A stretch of 64,000 nucleotides of DNA from the human T2T-CHM13v2.0 reference genome, Homo sapiens (GCF_009914755.1 NC_060940.1); one strand, 5' to 3'; shown: positions 47,717 through 62,349, counted from the first letter of the stretch. Made by a program: numbers and translations. Notes: generated by a model from the letters alone, not told the origin.

Positions 47717-49493
47717 GGGGAGAGGGGAGTGGGGGGCTGGAGAACCCCCAGACTGAGAAATTCTGCTCGGAGCGAGAAGGGAGCTGGGCCCAGGTGGCCC
47801 CATCCCCCAAGGTTGAACATCAGCCCAGCCTCCCAGGCCCTCCACGTGCTCATGGGCACCACTGCCGGGCACTAGCTTACTTGTCACCCTGTCTGAGGCG
47901 TGTTGGGGTAGGAGCAAGAGTCCGCTGCTTCCAGGGCCCAGCTGGGGCTCCATGTGTCCCTGGGCACCCCAGAACCCTCTGGGTCTCAGCCGTTGGGTTC
48001 TTACATCTGGGCCAGTGGCAAAGGGTTAAAGGGACCTTGTGACTTAGTTGGGACTCACTGGCCTCAAGAAGCGAAAATCAGAGGGACAGCAGCCCCAGCC
48101 GCCGGGGATTCCCTGTGGCGCCAGAGCTCCCCGGCAGGCACTGTGGAGGCCAAGTGGGGACCGGCAGTGTCGTGGTCCCGGCCCACAGCCTCTCAGCCTC
48201 CCACAGCCTCTCCCTGTGGTAACGAGGTGGACGCTGAGCCCCAGGCCTGATGGCACATTTGAGGTCAGGTGGGGGCACCTGGGCTGTTCCTGTAGCTGTC
48301 CCCTCGTCCAGGGGAGGGACCTTTTCAGAAGCCCTGGGGCCTTTGTCTCATTGACCAAAACCCTCCTGGCCATGCTGCCTTCACAGGACACTGGGCATCT
48401 CTGTGGGGCAAGGGAAGGAACACAGGCATCCTGGTGGGGCCCCAAGACCCAACCAAGGCTCGTCTGGCTGGTGCCAGCCTCTGTGCCAAGGGTGCCGACC
48501 AAGGTCAGAGCCGATCGCGGGGATGACAGGTGCCGAAATGGCCATGCTTGCCCCAGCCCCTTTCATCCGGCAGAGGGACCTCGCTGGGCCTGCCACGCTC
48601 AGCCAGGCTGTGCTGTGAAGCCCCTCTCTTCCCTTCTCAGAGCCATATGTCCACGCTGACAGCTCCTGAGAGGGACCATGTTTTGCTGCCTGCAGGTGCC
48701 AAGCTGACTGATGGGCCATGCTGAGGAGGGTGCCCCAGCCCTCCTGCAAGATGCCCTTCTGTGCAGCCTGCAGGGCCACCAGGCCCACGAGGCGGCCATG
48801 GTCTTCAGATGTGTCTTAGCCTGGGTTCCCTAGAAAACACATGAGGACTCTGGGCAGAGGCTGAGTGTTTTTACATTTTTATTTTTAAGCCAAAGTTACA
48901 CACCTGTGGCTTAAACACCCAAGTAGTTGTAGCAGTTTGAGAAGAAGAATCACAGCCGTGCCCCTTCCCCAGACTCGCCGGCTGCTGCTTCTGTCCGGTC
49001 CCCGCATCCCGAGGGCCGCCAGCACCGCCACCTCCAGGCTCCTTTTTGCTGCCATGGCTTGAGTCCCGCAGAGGAGGCCCCTCCTCAGGCACGGCCCGGC
49101 TCAGTCCCGTACGGCATCTGCACTATTGAGACTATGGAGTCGCCGCTGAGAACTGAGCCCAGGAGACACTGAGGTTTTTCCTCTTTCTTTGTTTTCCAGA
49201 GTCGGGAAAGTCTTGGTTTTCTTGGTCTCCTGGTGCCAATTCCTCGTGGGCTGGGCTGGTCTCCCCATGGCGCCTCCTTCCCCATCACCACCACCCCTTC
49301 CCTCCTACCGGGTCAGGACGTCGGCTCCCAGCCCACAGCATCCTCGTCTTCCCTCTTCCGCCCCCAGCTGTGGGGACTGCTTTCCCCTGGGGCTTCCTGA
49401 GGCGGGTGTGTAGGGTCCGTACTTGGAGACTTGCGTGTCTCTCCGGGTCTTCGTTCTGCCCTCAGCCTTGCTTGCCGGTTTGGCTGCGTATAG

Positions 49494-49900
<407 letters not shown>

Positions 49901-52459
49901 ATGACCCCCTCTTTTTAACGTACAGGGTGTCCTCTGTCCCCAGACCCCTGAGCCCAGGTTGAGGAGCCACCAGCTGAGGACGGAGCCAAGGTCACGGAGC
50001 TGCCGGGTGAGCGCTGAGCCCAGGTCAGGGAGTTGGGTCTCAGGCCGTCACTGGGACTCCCTCTGCCTTCAAGAAGCCTCTTCCACCCTTGGCCCACAGA
50101 GGAGACCTGGATGGCACTGGGGTCCAGGTGCAGAAGCCTCCAGTGTCCACGGGCACCTGAGCTTCCAGCACCTTCCCTCCTGCTGGGCGGTGGCCTGTGC
50201 CTGGCCGCAATGGAGGCCGCCTTCCCCACTGCCCCTCTGAGCCTCAGTCTGTCCTCCCTGCAGCCACCTCCCCTGGCCAGGTGCCCCGGGGTAACTGGTG
50301 GAGGCTTTCACGTAACTTGGTTTCCAGCTGCCTCTGTACACACACAGGCACCTGTTCCAGGCTTGGCCTCTCTGTACACACACACGGGCACCTGTTCCAG
50401 GCTTGGAGGCTGAGAACTTGGGGGCAGAGATCTCAGGGCAGCGGCTTGGGCGGGGTCCTTGGGCAGGGCCTTGGGCTTCCCTCGGCACTTTCCTCAAGGA
50501 CTGGGGCCAAGCTTCACATTCTGTTGCTGGCATCAGTGCCATTTGGGAGCAAAAGTCCGACAGGCTGGGTCTGGGCCTCTCTTCACCTTGTTTCCTGGGA
50601 TCGCGCTTTGGGTGCTGGTGTCACTCCAGATCCAGGCTCGGGAACCACATCTGCACAGCAGAACAGGCGCTGTTCTTATCTTGCGTGCGGGTCAGGACAT
50701 CCCCCCGGCCAGGAGTGCTTCCTCCGAGGCCCACAGACAAGTTCTCGCTGGGGGACTGGGGACCACAGCACCTCACTCCACCTACACTCTAGAGAATTCA
50801 AATCTGAGTATTGGAAGATTTATTTTCAGTTACAGTGGAAGGCAGAGACATGAAATAGCACCAAATTCAAAAGCAGCTCATAAATCCAGGTAATAGGAGT
50901 TTATTGATTGCTACATTGTATCTGTCAGAAGAAAACTCCTTTAATGAACACATCAGGCCGAGGACATACACAGCCCATTGGCAGCCGACTCCGATTCCAG
51001 AATCGATGCATTTTGATAAATAGGTTGTTATGGAAAGTAAAGGTTATTTAACTTGTTTGACTTGCATTTCACAGTGATCGCAAGTTGCCCTGGAGCCCTC
51101 TGAACCTTCTGAGTCGCCCTCGCTGCCGCAGGACCTCCTCCCGCGGGGTGTCCGACCCGCTCTTGCTTGGCTGAGACTTTGTTTAAACCCTGGCTCCGAT
51201 GCCTCTGAGCCCTTGATAGCAGCGTCCCAGCCTGGAAGAACAAAACCAGCCACTTTTCCCCTTGGCAAAGGCACAGCAAGGCGGGTGAGGCGGGCGCTGA
51301 GTAGTCTGGGAATGGGCAGGGAGATGTCGACCCTCGGAGCTGAGACTGCTCTGTGCTGAGAAGCTAGAACAAAGCCTGACATGTTCCAAGGGGCAAGCTC
51401 AGGGCTGGGAGGGAAGCAGCGGGGCCGCCCCTTTGGGTGGGGGTGCCCAGGCCTTGCAGACAAGACACTGGCCAGAGGAGGTGGAGCAGGGGTACTGGGG
51501 CAGAGGGGCCATGTTTGTGCAGCAGGATGGACCCTGGAGGGCCCCGGCCTAGAGGGGGCCTTTGCCAGGAAGATGCCAGGAACGTCCAGGCCAAGGCGTC
51601 CGGGCAAAGGCATCCAGGCCCGGGAGACGCATGTGGGACTTGGGCTTTCCTCTGTGGGCAGTGGGAAGTCTCTCCCTACCCCTGGAAGGAGCTCCAGGCA
51701 GCAGTGAGGATGGGGATTCTGACACTGGAGTGGGGAGCCGGCCCTGTGGTGCTGGCTGGGCTGAGAGCGGCACCACCCTCTGATGCCCAGGGTGGGAAGG
51801 ACACACGACTGCCACCATGCACTGAGGGCCCTGCACGCCACACACGTGCTCTGAGCACTGAGGGTCCCCTCATGCCACGCACAAGTTCTGGGCACAGAAG
51901 CACCTCTCAGAATCGTCCCCGAGACAGGCGTCCGTCACAGAGACAGGTCTCAGTCCTGCACTGATTGGCTTCGCCCAGTGCTGCTGGGGGAGTCTCAGAC
52001 ACAGCCTTTTTCCGACAGGTATAGCTGCCACTTTCTCCGGCACAGAAGCCTGGGGCCCTGGGAATGGCACCATGTTGCGCGCCGACCCCTACGGTTCTTC
52101 CCTCCGCATGGCTCAGTGGAAACCGTGCGTGCAGCACAGCAGGCAGCTGGGGCCTGTGACGACCCTGGGGTTGGAGGCCAGGCAGGGCTATCACTGAGAA
52201 GCAGGGATTTGGGGCCTGGGGCCCAGGGAATGGACAACTCCCCAAGCTGCCCCCACCAGTCCTTCCTGAGCACTGGCTCCGGAAGAAGCATCTCGGGGCA
52301 GAGGCAGCCAGGCCCAGGCAGGGAGAGACCCCCAAACAAGGCCTACAGCAGGGTCTCAGGGCCTGACCATGCCAGAAACAGCCCAGAGCCAGAGAGGATG
52401 GGCAGATACTCAGTGCCACCACTCCTGGGAGATCTCAGCACCAGGGCTTCGACCTCTGG

Positions 52460-52812
52460 GGATACACACCCACACCTGCTGAGATATAACACATCTGCAG
52501 AGACACAGCCACGCCTGCAGAGACATACCCACACCTGCAGACACACCCACACCTGCAGACACACCCACACCTGCAGAGACACAGCCACACCTGCAGACAC
52601 ACCCACACCTGCAGACACCTACACCTGCAGGCACACCCACACCTGCAGACAGAGCCACACCTGCAGAGACACCCTCACCTGCAGAGATACAGGCACACCT
52701 GCAGAGACACAGCCACACCTATAGACACACCCACACCTGCAGAGACACACCCACACCTACAGAGACACCCACACCTGCAGACACACCCACACCTGCAGAC
52801 ACACCCACACCT
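52460..52812. repeat. 18-20-bp minisatellite (GACACACCCACACCTGCA)n
   Basis: About 18 degenerate copies. Confidence 0.92.
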
Positions 52813-53184
52813 AAGGAGACGGGGTCTCGCAGTGGGCGGAGAGGTTGGGTCTTGCATCTAATCAGCCATTGATGGGCCTCTCCTGTGAAGGGCACTCATT
52901 CCTTGTATTCATAAATTAAGCTCATGTGAGTTTGTTCTTTAACAAGTTATTGCGCGATCATAATCCATTGCCGACGTTGGCGTGACTCACCATGTCATGA
53001 GCCCACTCGGGGCTGGTGCTGCTGGAGATGGGGAAGAAAATTGCTCCATAAACCAAAAAGCAACATTTTAAAACTTATAAAAAAGATTCGCAGGAAATTA
53101 GAAATAACACACAGGGGTTCCTTGTGCCGTCCCCCCAGTTTCTCCCAGCATCAGCCTGGTGTGTAACGGTGGTACATCCTCAGT

Positions 53185-53270
53185 GCCGTGCGTAGCTTTG
53201 GTGCAGTCTCAGCCCCGTGCGTAGCTGTGGTGCAGCCTCAGCCCCGTGAGTAACTGTGGTGCATCCTTGG
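53185..53270. repeat. 30-bp tandem repeat, about 3 copies
   Basis: CCGTGCGTAGCT(T/G)TGGTGCAG repeated. Confidence 0.8.
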
Positions 53271-55126
53271 AGCCAGGACACAGGCAGCTCAAGAGGGTGC
53301 CGGGGACTTGTCAGCCTTGGGGGCAGGCAGTGATGGCCTCTCCGGCAGGACCAGAGCAGGGCAGTGGCTCCATGCTGCGCTGGGTCTCTGGGTGGTGCAG
53401 GCCAGGGTGGAGCCAGGCCAGAAGCTGTATGGAGGGCCCTGAGCACCTGGCAGCCTCCCTGGTGTCAGCAGCTGTGGCATCCGTGGGGCAGGAGCAGCCT
53501 GGACGGGGTGGCTCGGTGCGATTAAGAGATGCTATTGGAAGATTGGTGGCTGTCTGGTCCAGAGGGGACACACAAGCCAGGCTGCACAGCAGGAGCAGGA
53601 GCCATGGCGGGTCCCACGGGACTTGGGACAGGCTGTGTCCAACCCCGCCCACAGCCCAACCTGCACACCCCCTTCCAGCCGCCCAGACTACCCCAGGGGC
53701 GCAGTGAGACCACTCTCCTGTCGGGGAGCCTCTGGTTTTTCTGCTACCCATCAGCACAGAGTTCCAGAGTTCCAGAGCTCCATAAATAAGCCTGGAGCCC
53801 ACCTGGGCACACCCATCCGTCTTGTTTAATAGACTGAGGAGCACGCCATGGGTCTCAAGGAGTGGTGAGGTGATGGATGGGGCCTTTCTGCGTCCAACAG
53901 CATGATGTATAATGAAGTATTTATGATTTATTCCAGCTAATAACCCATGTGGAGTGCAGGGTATGTGGAAGCAGACAGTTGAGGCCTCAGCACTGCCCTT
54001 ACATGCCCTGCATGCTCCCACAGCCACGGCACACATGTGTGCGTGCACATGCTCACAGTCACGCATACCGCGCCCTCCCAGCTGCACACACGCTTGCAGG
54101 CACGCACACTATGGGCCCATGCGTCATGAGACAGCTTCGGGCTGGGAGTACAGGCTCTGAGGCTGCAGCCCGCTCTTCCCGACTCCCCACCCTCAGTGGC
54201 TGGTGGTGTCTGTGTTGAGCTACTCGAGAAAGGAAGAAAACGAAGGAAGCTTGGTTCCCACAGGAGCTCCAGGAACTGCACGGGGAGGAGCAAGGGCCAC
54301 ATCGTGGCTTTGCCTTAGGAAGGAAAACGTGGGGCAGCCCCGGCCATTGTTCTAGGACCAGCATGGTCAGGTGTGGAGGGCACAAGATGGGCACCAGCAG
54401 GAGGCTCCAGGCACCCAGGAAAGGCCCTGTCCTCCTCAGCCACCAGCCCCTCCCTGTGGCCTCTGCGTGGGCCTTGGTGCCTCTCCCATCCAGAGGGGCT
54501 GGGCATTCACTGCTGGAGCCCACCGTGGTGGGATGTTGTAATGTGTCTGGTTCACTTCTTTTACTGAATATTTGGCCTGGATTCTTTTGTGGGCCTGAGA
54601 GAAATGGCAGGACAGGGCCTGGTGGGCCTCGGCCCCTCTCCCAGAGCAGCCTGCCTGCATGAGGGGCGGCCCCTCTATGCTGCAGTCCCAGGGGCTCCGT
54701 CTGGGGGCCCTTGCAGCAGTAGCAGCACAGCCAGGAGGCCCAGCACACCCTGGCACCCATCCTGAGGGAGGGTAAAGCATCAGACCCTGTGCTTGTTGCT
54801 CAGAAAAGGCCACGCATCCCACCCATGGCCAGTGGTTATCAATCACTGTCACAGAAACAGGGCCTGAGCCGGCTTCCTAATGCAGGGTGTCTGCAGACCA
54901 CAGGCCCAGCAGGGCTTCTGGCACCTCCTGCTCCTGGCAGGCTCTGGACCCACTGCTGACCTGCCCCTGGAGGAAGTGCATACAGCTGAGCATGGGGAAG
55001 GGACCCCACAGGAAGGGCAGACCCCACATCATGGGCACAGTCCCACCTTGGGACGCACGTCGTGACCACCAGAAATGTGGGCTTACCTGGCATAGCTGTT
55101 TCTCCGTTGGGGTTGCCACAGGGTAG

Positions 55127-55285
55127 TAACCAGAGCCCCCTTTCCTCAGAGGACACCGTGGTGTTTAAGGACGGCCAGTTAACCAGAGCCCCTTTTCCTC
55201 AGGGGACACCGTGGTGTTTAAGGATGGCCAGTTAACCAGAGCCCCTTTTCCTCAGGGGACACCGTGGTGTTTAAGGATGGCCAGT
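55127..55285 (+). repeat. 53-bp tandem triplication spanning the intron 8/exon 9 junction
   Basis: Units start at 55127, 55180 and 55233; AGs end at 55149, 55202 and 55255. Confidence 0.97.
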
Positions 55286-55390
55286 ACTGGATCCGAGGCC
55301 GGACCTCAGTGGACATCATCAAGACTGGAGGCTACAAGGTCAGCGCCCTGGAGGTGGAGTGGCACCTGCTGGCCCACCCCAGCATCACAG
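55256..55390 (+). CDS. ACSF3: ACSF3 coding exon 9 (135 nt, in-frame acceptor)
   Basis: TTTTCCTCAG|GG ... CAG|GTGCGT. Completes TGD and encodes [21 protein letters not shown]. Only this third AG keeps the frame. Confidence 0.94.
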
Positions 55391-55589
55391 GTGCGTGGCC
55401 GGACTTGGGCCAGGGAGGCCAGGCTAGACGGGTGCTGCCTTCCATGTTTGAGTTTTAGACGACTGCAGATGAGTCGACGCCGTCCCAGCTGCCTGCAGGG
55501 GTCCCTGTGATGCTCACCTCTGGTCCCTGCCCTGGCCAGGGAACATGGGGCTAGTGGGGGTGCAGCCTGCTCGGTGTTGGAGCCACTGA

Positions 55590-56039
<450 letters not shown>

Positions 56040-57112
56040 TAGGGCTGGGTGGGGCGGGCAGGGAGCACTCATGGGGTCTTGGGGGTCCAGTCTTGAGGGC
56101 CACCCTAGGTATTGGCATCGTCCGTCTTAGAGGTGGAGATGAGGGATCAAGAAAGACCAGCAGTGAGGGTCCTTAGAGACCTGAAGGCCGCACACAGCAG
56201 GTAGAGACGAGGGCAGGGGGCAGGAGCCGTGCTCAGATTTGACTTGGTGGCAATATTCCGAGGGGGCAGAAACTCACATTCCTGGGACAGGGCCCTGTAC
56301 GGCCTGTGGTGGGTTCCGTCCTGGTCCCAGGAGAGATCCCGGATGAGCCAGGCCAGGCCCATGCAGGAGGTGCATGGAGCTGAGATCCAGGGTTGACACC
56401 AGCTGGCCGCACGCGCTGGGCCCTTCCCCGCCAGGCCACAGGCAGCCTGTCCACCTGCCGCCCCAAAGCCAGTGCTGGGCCCCAGCAGAACTGCAAGGCC
56501 CACCCATTCTCCGTCGGCACCTGCACGGCCTCTCCCTCTCCTGCCCTGGGGGTGGGTCCTGAAGGTGCCTCACACACCTCCAGTCAGTTCCACGGAGACC
56601 CCAGCACCATCACCATCCCCTCAGTCATTTCACTTTCCCCTCCATGTCCAGGGCAGGGCCTGTTCCTCAGCGGTGGCCACCACCCAGTCCTTAAACTCAC
56701 CTGCATTTTTTGTTTTGCCTTTACCTTACCCAGAACCTTTCCCCAAGGACTTTCTCCCACCTGTCTCACCCCCAGTGGTTTCTGATGCATGGGATCCACA
56801 GACCCTCCACTTTTGCCAGCAGTGGTGGTGGTCACGCCCAGGGCTGAACCTGAGCTATGGCCTTGTCAAAGGCCGTCAGGACGGAAGGGTATCCCATAGG
56901 ACCGTCAGGGCAGAGCCAGGCTGAGCTCAGAAAGGAAGCTTTTAGTTTCACCTACAGTAATTTCTTTTGTTTTTTTAATTTATAAAGAAACGGGGTATAA
57001 TTGGCTCATGGTTCCACAGGCTATACAGGAAGCGTGGCTGGGGAGGCCTCAGGAAACTTACAGTCATGGCAGAAGGCAAAGGGGAAACAGGCACATCCTA
57101 CATGGCCGGAGC

Positions 57113-57623
57113 AGGAGGGAGGAGGGAGGAGCCACAGAGTGAGTGAGGGAGGAGGGAGGGTCCACAGAGGGAGGGAGGGTCCACAGAGTGAGTGAGAGAG
57201 GAGGGAGGGTCCACAGAGTGAGTGAGGGAGGAGGGAGGGGTCACAGAGTGAGGGGGGGAGGGGCCACAGAGTGAGTGCGGGAGGAGGGAGGGGCCACAGT
57301 GTGAGTGAGGGAGGAGGGAGGGGTCACAGAGTGAGCAAGGGGGGGAGGGGCCACAGAGTGAGCGGGGGAGGGGCCACAGAGTGAGTGAGGGAGGAGGGAG
57401 GGGTCACAGAGTGAGTGAGGGAGGAGGGAGGGGTCACAGAGTGAGTGAGGGAGGAGGGAGGGGTCACAGAGTGAGTGAGGGAGGAGGGAGGGTCCACAGA
57501 GTGAGTGAGGGAGGAGGGAGGGGTCACAGAGTGAGCGGGGGGGGGGGGGGGGGGGGGGGGGAGGGGCCACAGAGCGAGGAGGGGGTGGGAGGAGCCACAG
57601 AGCGATGGGAGAGGGAGGGGCCA
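57113..57623. repeat. 30-bp GA-rich minisatellite containing a G25 homopolymer (57537-57561)
   Basis: GAGTGAGTGAGGGAGGAGGGAGGGGTCACA units. Confidence 0.92.
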
Positions 57624-58100
57624 CGCACTCTCAAACATGCAGGTCTTGTGAGAACTCACTCACTAGCACGAGAACAGCAAGGGGAAAATCCACCCCTGTG
57701 ATGCAGTCACCTCCCACCAGGTCGCTCCTCCAACAGCGGGGATCACAATTCAACATGAGATTTGGGTGGGGACACAGATCCAAACCATATCGTTCCTCCC
57801 TGGCCCCTCCCAAATCTTACGTCCTTTTTACATTGCAAAATACAATCCTACTTCCCAACAGTCCCCCAAGTCTTCACTCATTTCAGCATTAATTCAGAAG
57901 TCCACAGTCCAAAGTCTCGTCTGAGACAAGGCAAGTCCTTTTCACCTATGAGCCTGTAAAATCAAAGACAAGTTACTTCCCAGATACAGTGGGGGTGCAG
58001 GCATTGGGTAAATACACCAGTGCCAAAAGAGAGCCGCCAGCCAAAACAAAGGGGCTGCGAGCCCCAGGCAGGTCCAAAACCTAGCAAGGCAGTCACTGAA

Positions 58101-58425
58101 TTGTTTTTTGGTTTCTTCTTTTTTGGTTTTTTTTTTTTTTTTTTTTTTGAGACGGGGTCTTGCTCTGATGCCCAGGCTGGAGTGCAGTGGCATGATCTCA
58201 GCTTACTATAGCCTCTGCCTGCAAGCAATTCTCCTACCTCAGCCTCCCTAAGTAGCTGGGACTATAGGCATGCACCACCACACCCAGCTAATTTTTGTAT
58301 TTTTTAGTAGAGATGGGGTTTTGCCATGTTGTCCAGGCTGGTCTCGAACTCCTGACCTCAAGTGATCCACATGCCTCAGATTCCCAAAATGCTGGAATTA
58401 CAGGCGTGAGCAACCCCACCCAGCC
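58101..58425 (-). mobile_element. Alu inside MaLR internal region
   Basis: Poly-T and antisense Alu body. Confidence 0.9.
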
Positions 58426-59412
58426 CAATAAATCTTAAAGCCCCAAAATAATCTCCTAAGACCCATGTCTCACATCCAGGCTACACTGATGCATGGAGGT
58501 GGCTCCCAAGGCCATGGGTATCTCTGCTCCTGTGGCTCTGTAGGGTACAGCCCCCATGCTGCTTTCATAGGCTGCTGTTGTGTGCCTGCGACTTTTCTAG
58601 GTGCACCACACAGTGCAAGCTGTCGGTGGGTTATTCTGGGGTCTGGAGAACGGTGGCCCTCTTCTCACAGCTGCAGTAGCCAGGGCCCCACTGGGGACTC
58701 TGTGTGGGGGCTCCAACCCCATCTTTCTCCTCTTCACTGCCCTGGAGCAGTGGCCTGAGCTCTATCTGGAGCCCTTTTAGCCCCAGAGCAACAGGGATGC
58801 AGGGGCCAGTGTCCCTCAGGGCAGTGGCCCACAAAACCATTCTTCCCTCCGAGGCCTCCAGGCCTATGATGAGAGGCACTTCCATGAAGGTCTCTGACAC
58901 GCCTAGAGACATTTTCCTCATTGTCTTGGCGATTAATATTCAGCTCCTCTTTACTTACGCACATTTCTGCAGCCAGCTTGAATTCCTCCCCAGAAAATTG
59001 TTTGTTTGTTTGTTTTCTACCATGTGATCAGGCTGCAAATTTTCCAAATTTTATGCTCTGCTTACCTTTTAAATCTAAGTTCCGGTTTCAGGTCATCTCT
59101 TTGCTCATGCTTAACAAAAGCAATCTTTGCTCCAGTTCCCAATAAGTTCCTCATCTCCCTCCGAGTCTACCTCAGCCTGGACTTCATTGTCCATATCGCT
59201 ATTAGCATTTTAGTCACAACAATTTAACAAGTCTTTAGGAAGTTCCAAACTTTCCCTCATCTTCCTGTCTTCTTCCGAGCTCTCCAAATCGTTCCAGCCT
59301 CTGCCTGTTACCCAGTTCCAAAGCTGCTTCCACATTTCCAGATGTCTTAACAGCAGTGCCCCACTTCCCTGTACCAGTTTTCTGTGTTAGTCCAGTCTTG
59401 CATTGCTATAAA

Positions 59413-59978
59413 TGAAGCCAGATTTTTCTCAGCCACTTTGCCAACCGGGGACCTCCGTGGCTGGTGACACCCCCCCAACCCAGGCCTGCCACAGAAGGCA
59501 CCCACACACTCGACCCACTGGGCCATGCTTGGCTTATGCACCTCAGCCCACCTGTGTTATAGCTTATACCTGCATTCATCGGTTCCCAAGTTCTTGTCCC
59601 GCGTCCAAGAAGAATGAGGTTACACTGACAATTCAAAGGGTGAGGAGAGTGGAGAAGAATTTTATTGAGCAATGAAACAGCTCTCAGCGGAGAGGGTATG
59701 CGAGGGTGCTGAACCGCCCAGAGTTGGGTGTGGCTGGGTCTAGGGCTTTTCTGGGCACAGAATGGGGAGGGGCAGGCTGTAGGTAGCACTGGAAAAGGTA
59801 ACCTTTGGTTAGTTAAAAAGCATTATTCAGAAAGAACCAGTGGGAAAGAGTGGGCAAACAGGAATAGAAGTTCTCACTCCAGGCTGCAGGTTTCAGGCTG
59901 TTTTTGGCTTGAAGGTGGGGTTTCACCAGGGACCCACCCCTGTCTATCTGGGCATTTGACTGCTTCCTGTTGCTTTCA
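59413..59978 (-). mobile_element. ERV1-class solo LTR (LTR27/LTR28-like; family uncertain) inserted in the MST LTR
   Basis: TG...CA ends; imperfect 4-bp TSD TAAA/TAAG; AATAAA on the minus strand (59661-59666). The MST LTR resumes after it. Confidence 0.7.
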
Positions 59979-60929
59979 TAAGGAACTACCCAAGATGGTA
60001 ATTTATAAAGAAAAGAGGTTTAAGTGGCTCACAGTTCCACAGGCTATAAGGAAGCATGGCTGGGGAGGCCTCAGGAAACTTACAGTCATGACAGAAGGGG
60101 AGGCAGGCATGTCCCACATGGTGGAGCAGGAGGAAGAGCTCACCTACAGCAAATTATTTAAGACCGAGCATTTGTCTCTGTTCTGTTCCCTCTCTGGACG
60201 CACCCTCCTGCCTCCACCCTGACTTGCCGTCTCCTGAGCACTGAAGATATTTTTGGCTTGTCCGATGTGACTCCACAGACAGCAGAAACGCTTGCTTGAT
60301 CAGGGCAGCATCAGGGCACCACACATGCCTGGGCTTGCACAACACAGCGGGAGCACTGCCACTCAGCAGCAGCTGCTGCTTTCATTAAACAGTTACCTTG
60401 AGAAGAAAAGATAGGTGTCGAGGGCTGAGAGCTGTGCTAGAGTTTCAGGGTCCGAGTTGGCAGGAACTGAAGTCCCGATGCTCCTCAGCCCTTGGCTGTC
60501 CTCAGGGCTGCCCTCTGCGTGGGGACACCAGGCCGCCCCTGCCCAGGGACACCAGGCTGCCTGCTCCTGCTCTGTGCATCTCTCACATCAGGCTCCTCAC
60601 CCAGCATTGTTTGGGCTATGACAGTGGCTGTGACAAGACCCTAAGACGGGAAGCTGCGTGCAGGGCACTTGAGGGCCCGCTGAGGAGAAGCCGCCTGTGA
60701 GGGACAGGACTGGGCAGGGAAGGCCACCAGCCATGTGGTCACAGCCCAGGACTCCGCCAGTCCTGCAGGAGCCCTGGAGCCAGGCCCTTGCTGTCCAGGC
60801 CACTTGCTGTACCTGGCCCACAGCTACCTCCCCTGCAGCCCTGAGTCCTGCTTGCTGTGCCCGGCTCAGGCTGAGACTGCAGTGCTTGTCCATTCACCAT
60901 GAAAGAAAGAAGAACAGGAAGGGAGGCAG

Positions 60930-62110
<1,181 letters not shown>

Positions 62111-62349
62111 CTGCTGGGCGTTTTCCTCCTGTGACCAGGAAGGGGCGCCTGCCCTCACCACTGCCACCCAGTCTCATTCAACACAGAGTTTGTCCCCTGT
62201 TAGAAACCGAGACGTTGGTTACACGTGGAGGTTGGGAGTGGCTCAGGCAGGCAGAGGGGCTTCTGGGAACCTGGCCATGTTCCCTTTCAGTCTGGGCGCT
62301 ACTTAGAGCAGGGGGCAGTTGCTTCAATAAAACTTTAGATTCCCACACA

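Larger units (their letters stand above)
56978..60139 (-). mobile_element. MST-like MaLR element (LTR about 56978-57791, internal about 57792-59382, LTR about 59383-60139) with nested insertions
   Basis: Two copies of GGGGAGGCCTCAGGAAACTTACAGTCATG flank a recognisable MaLR internal region. Confidence 0.85.
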
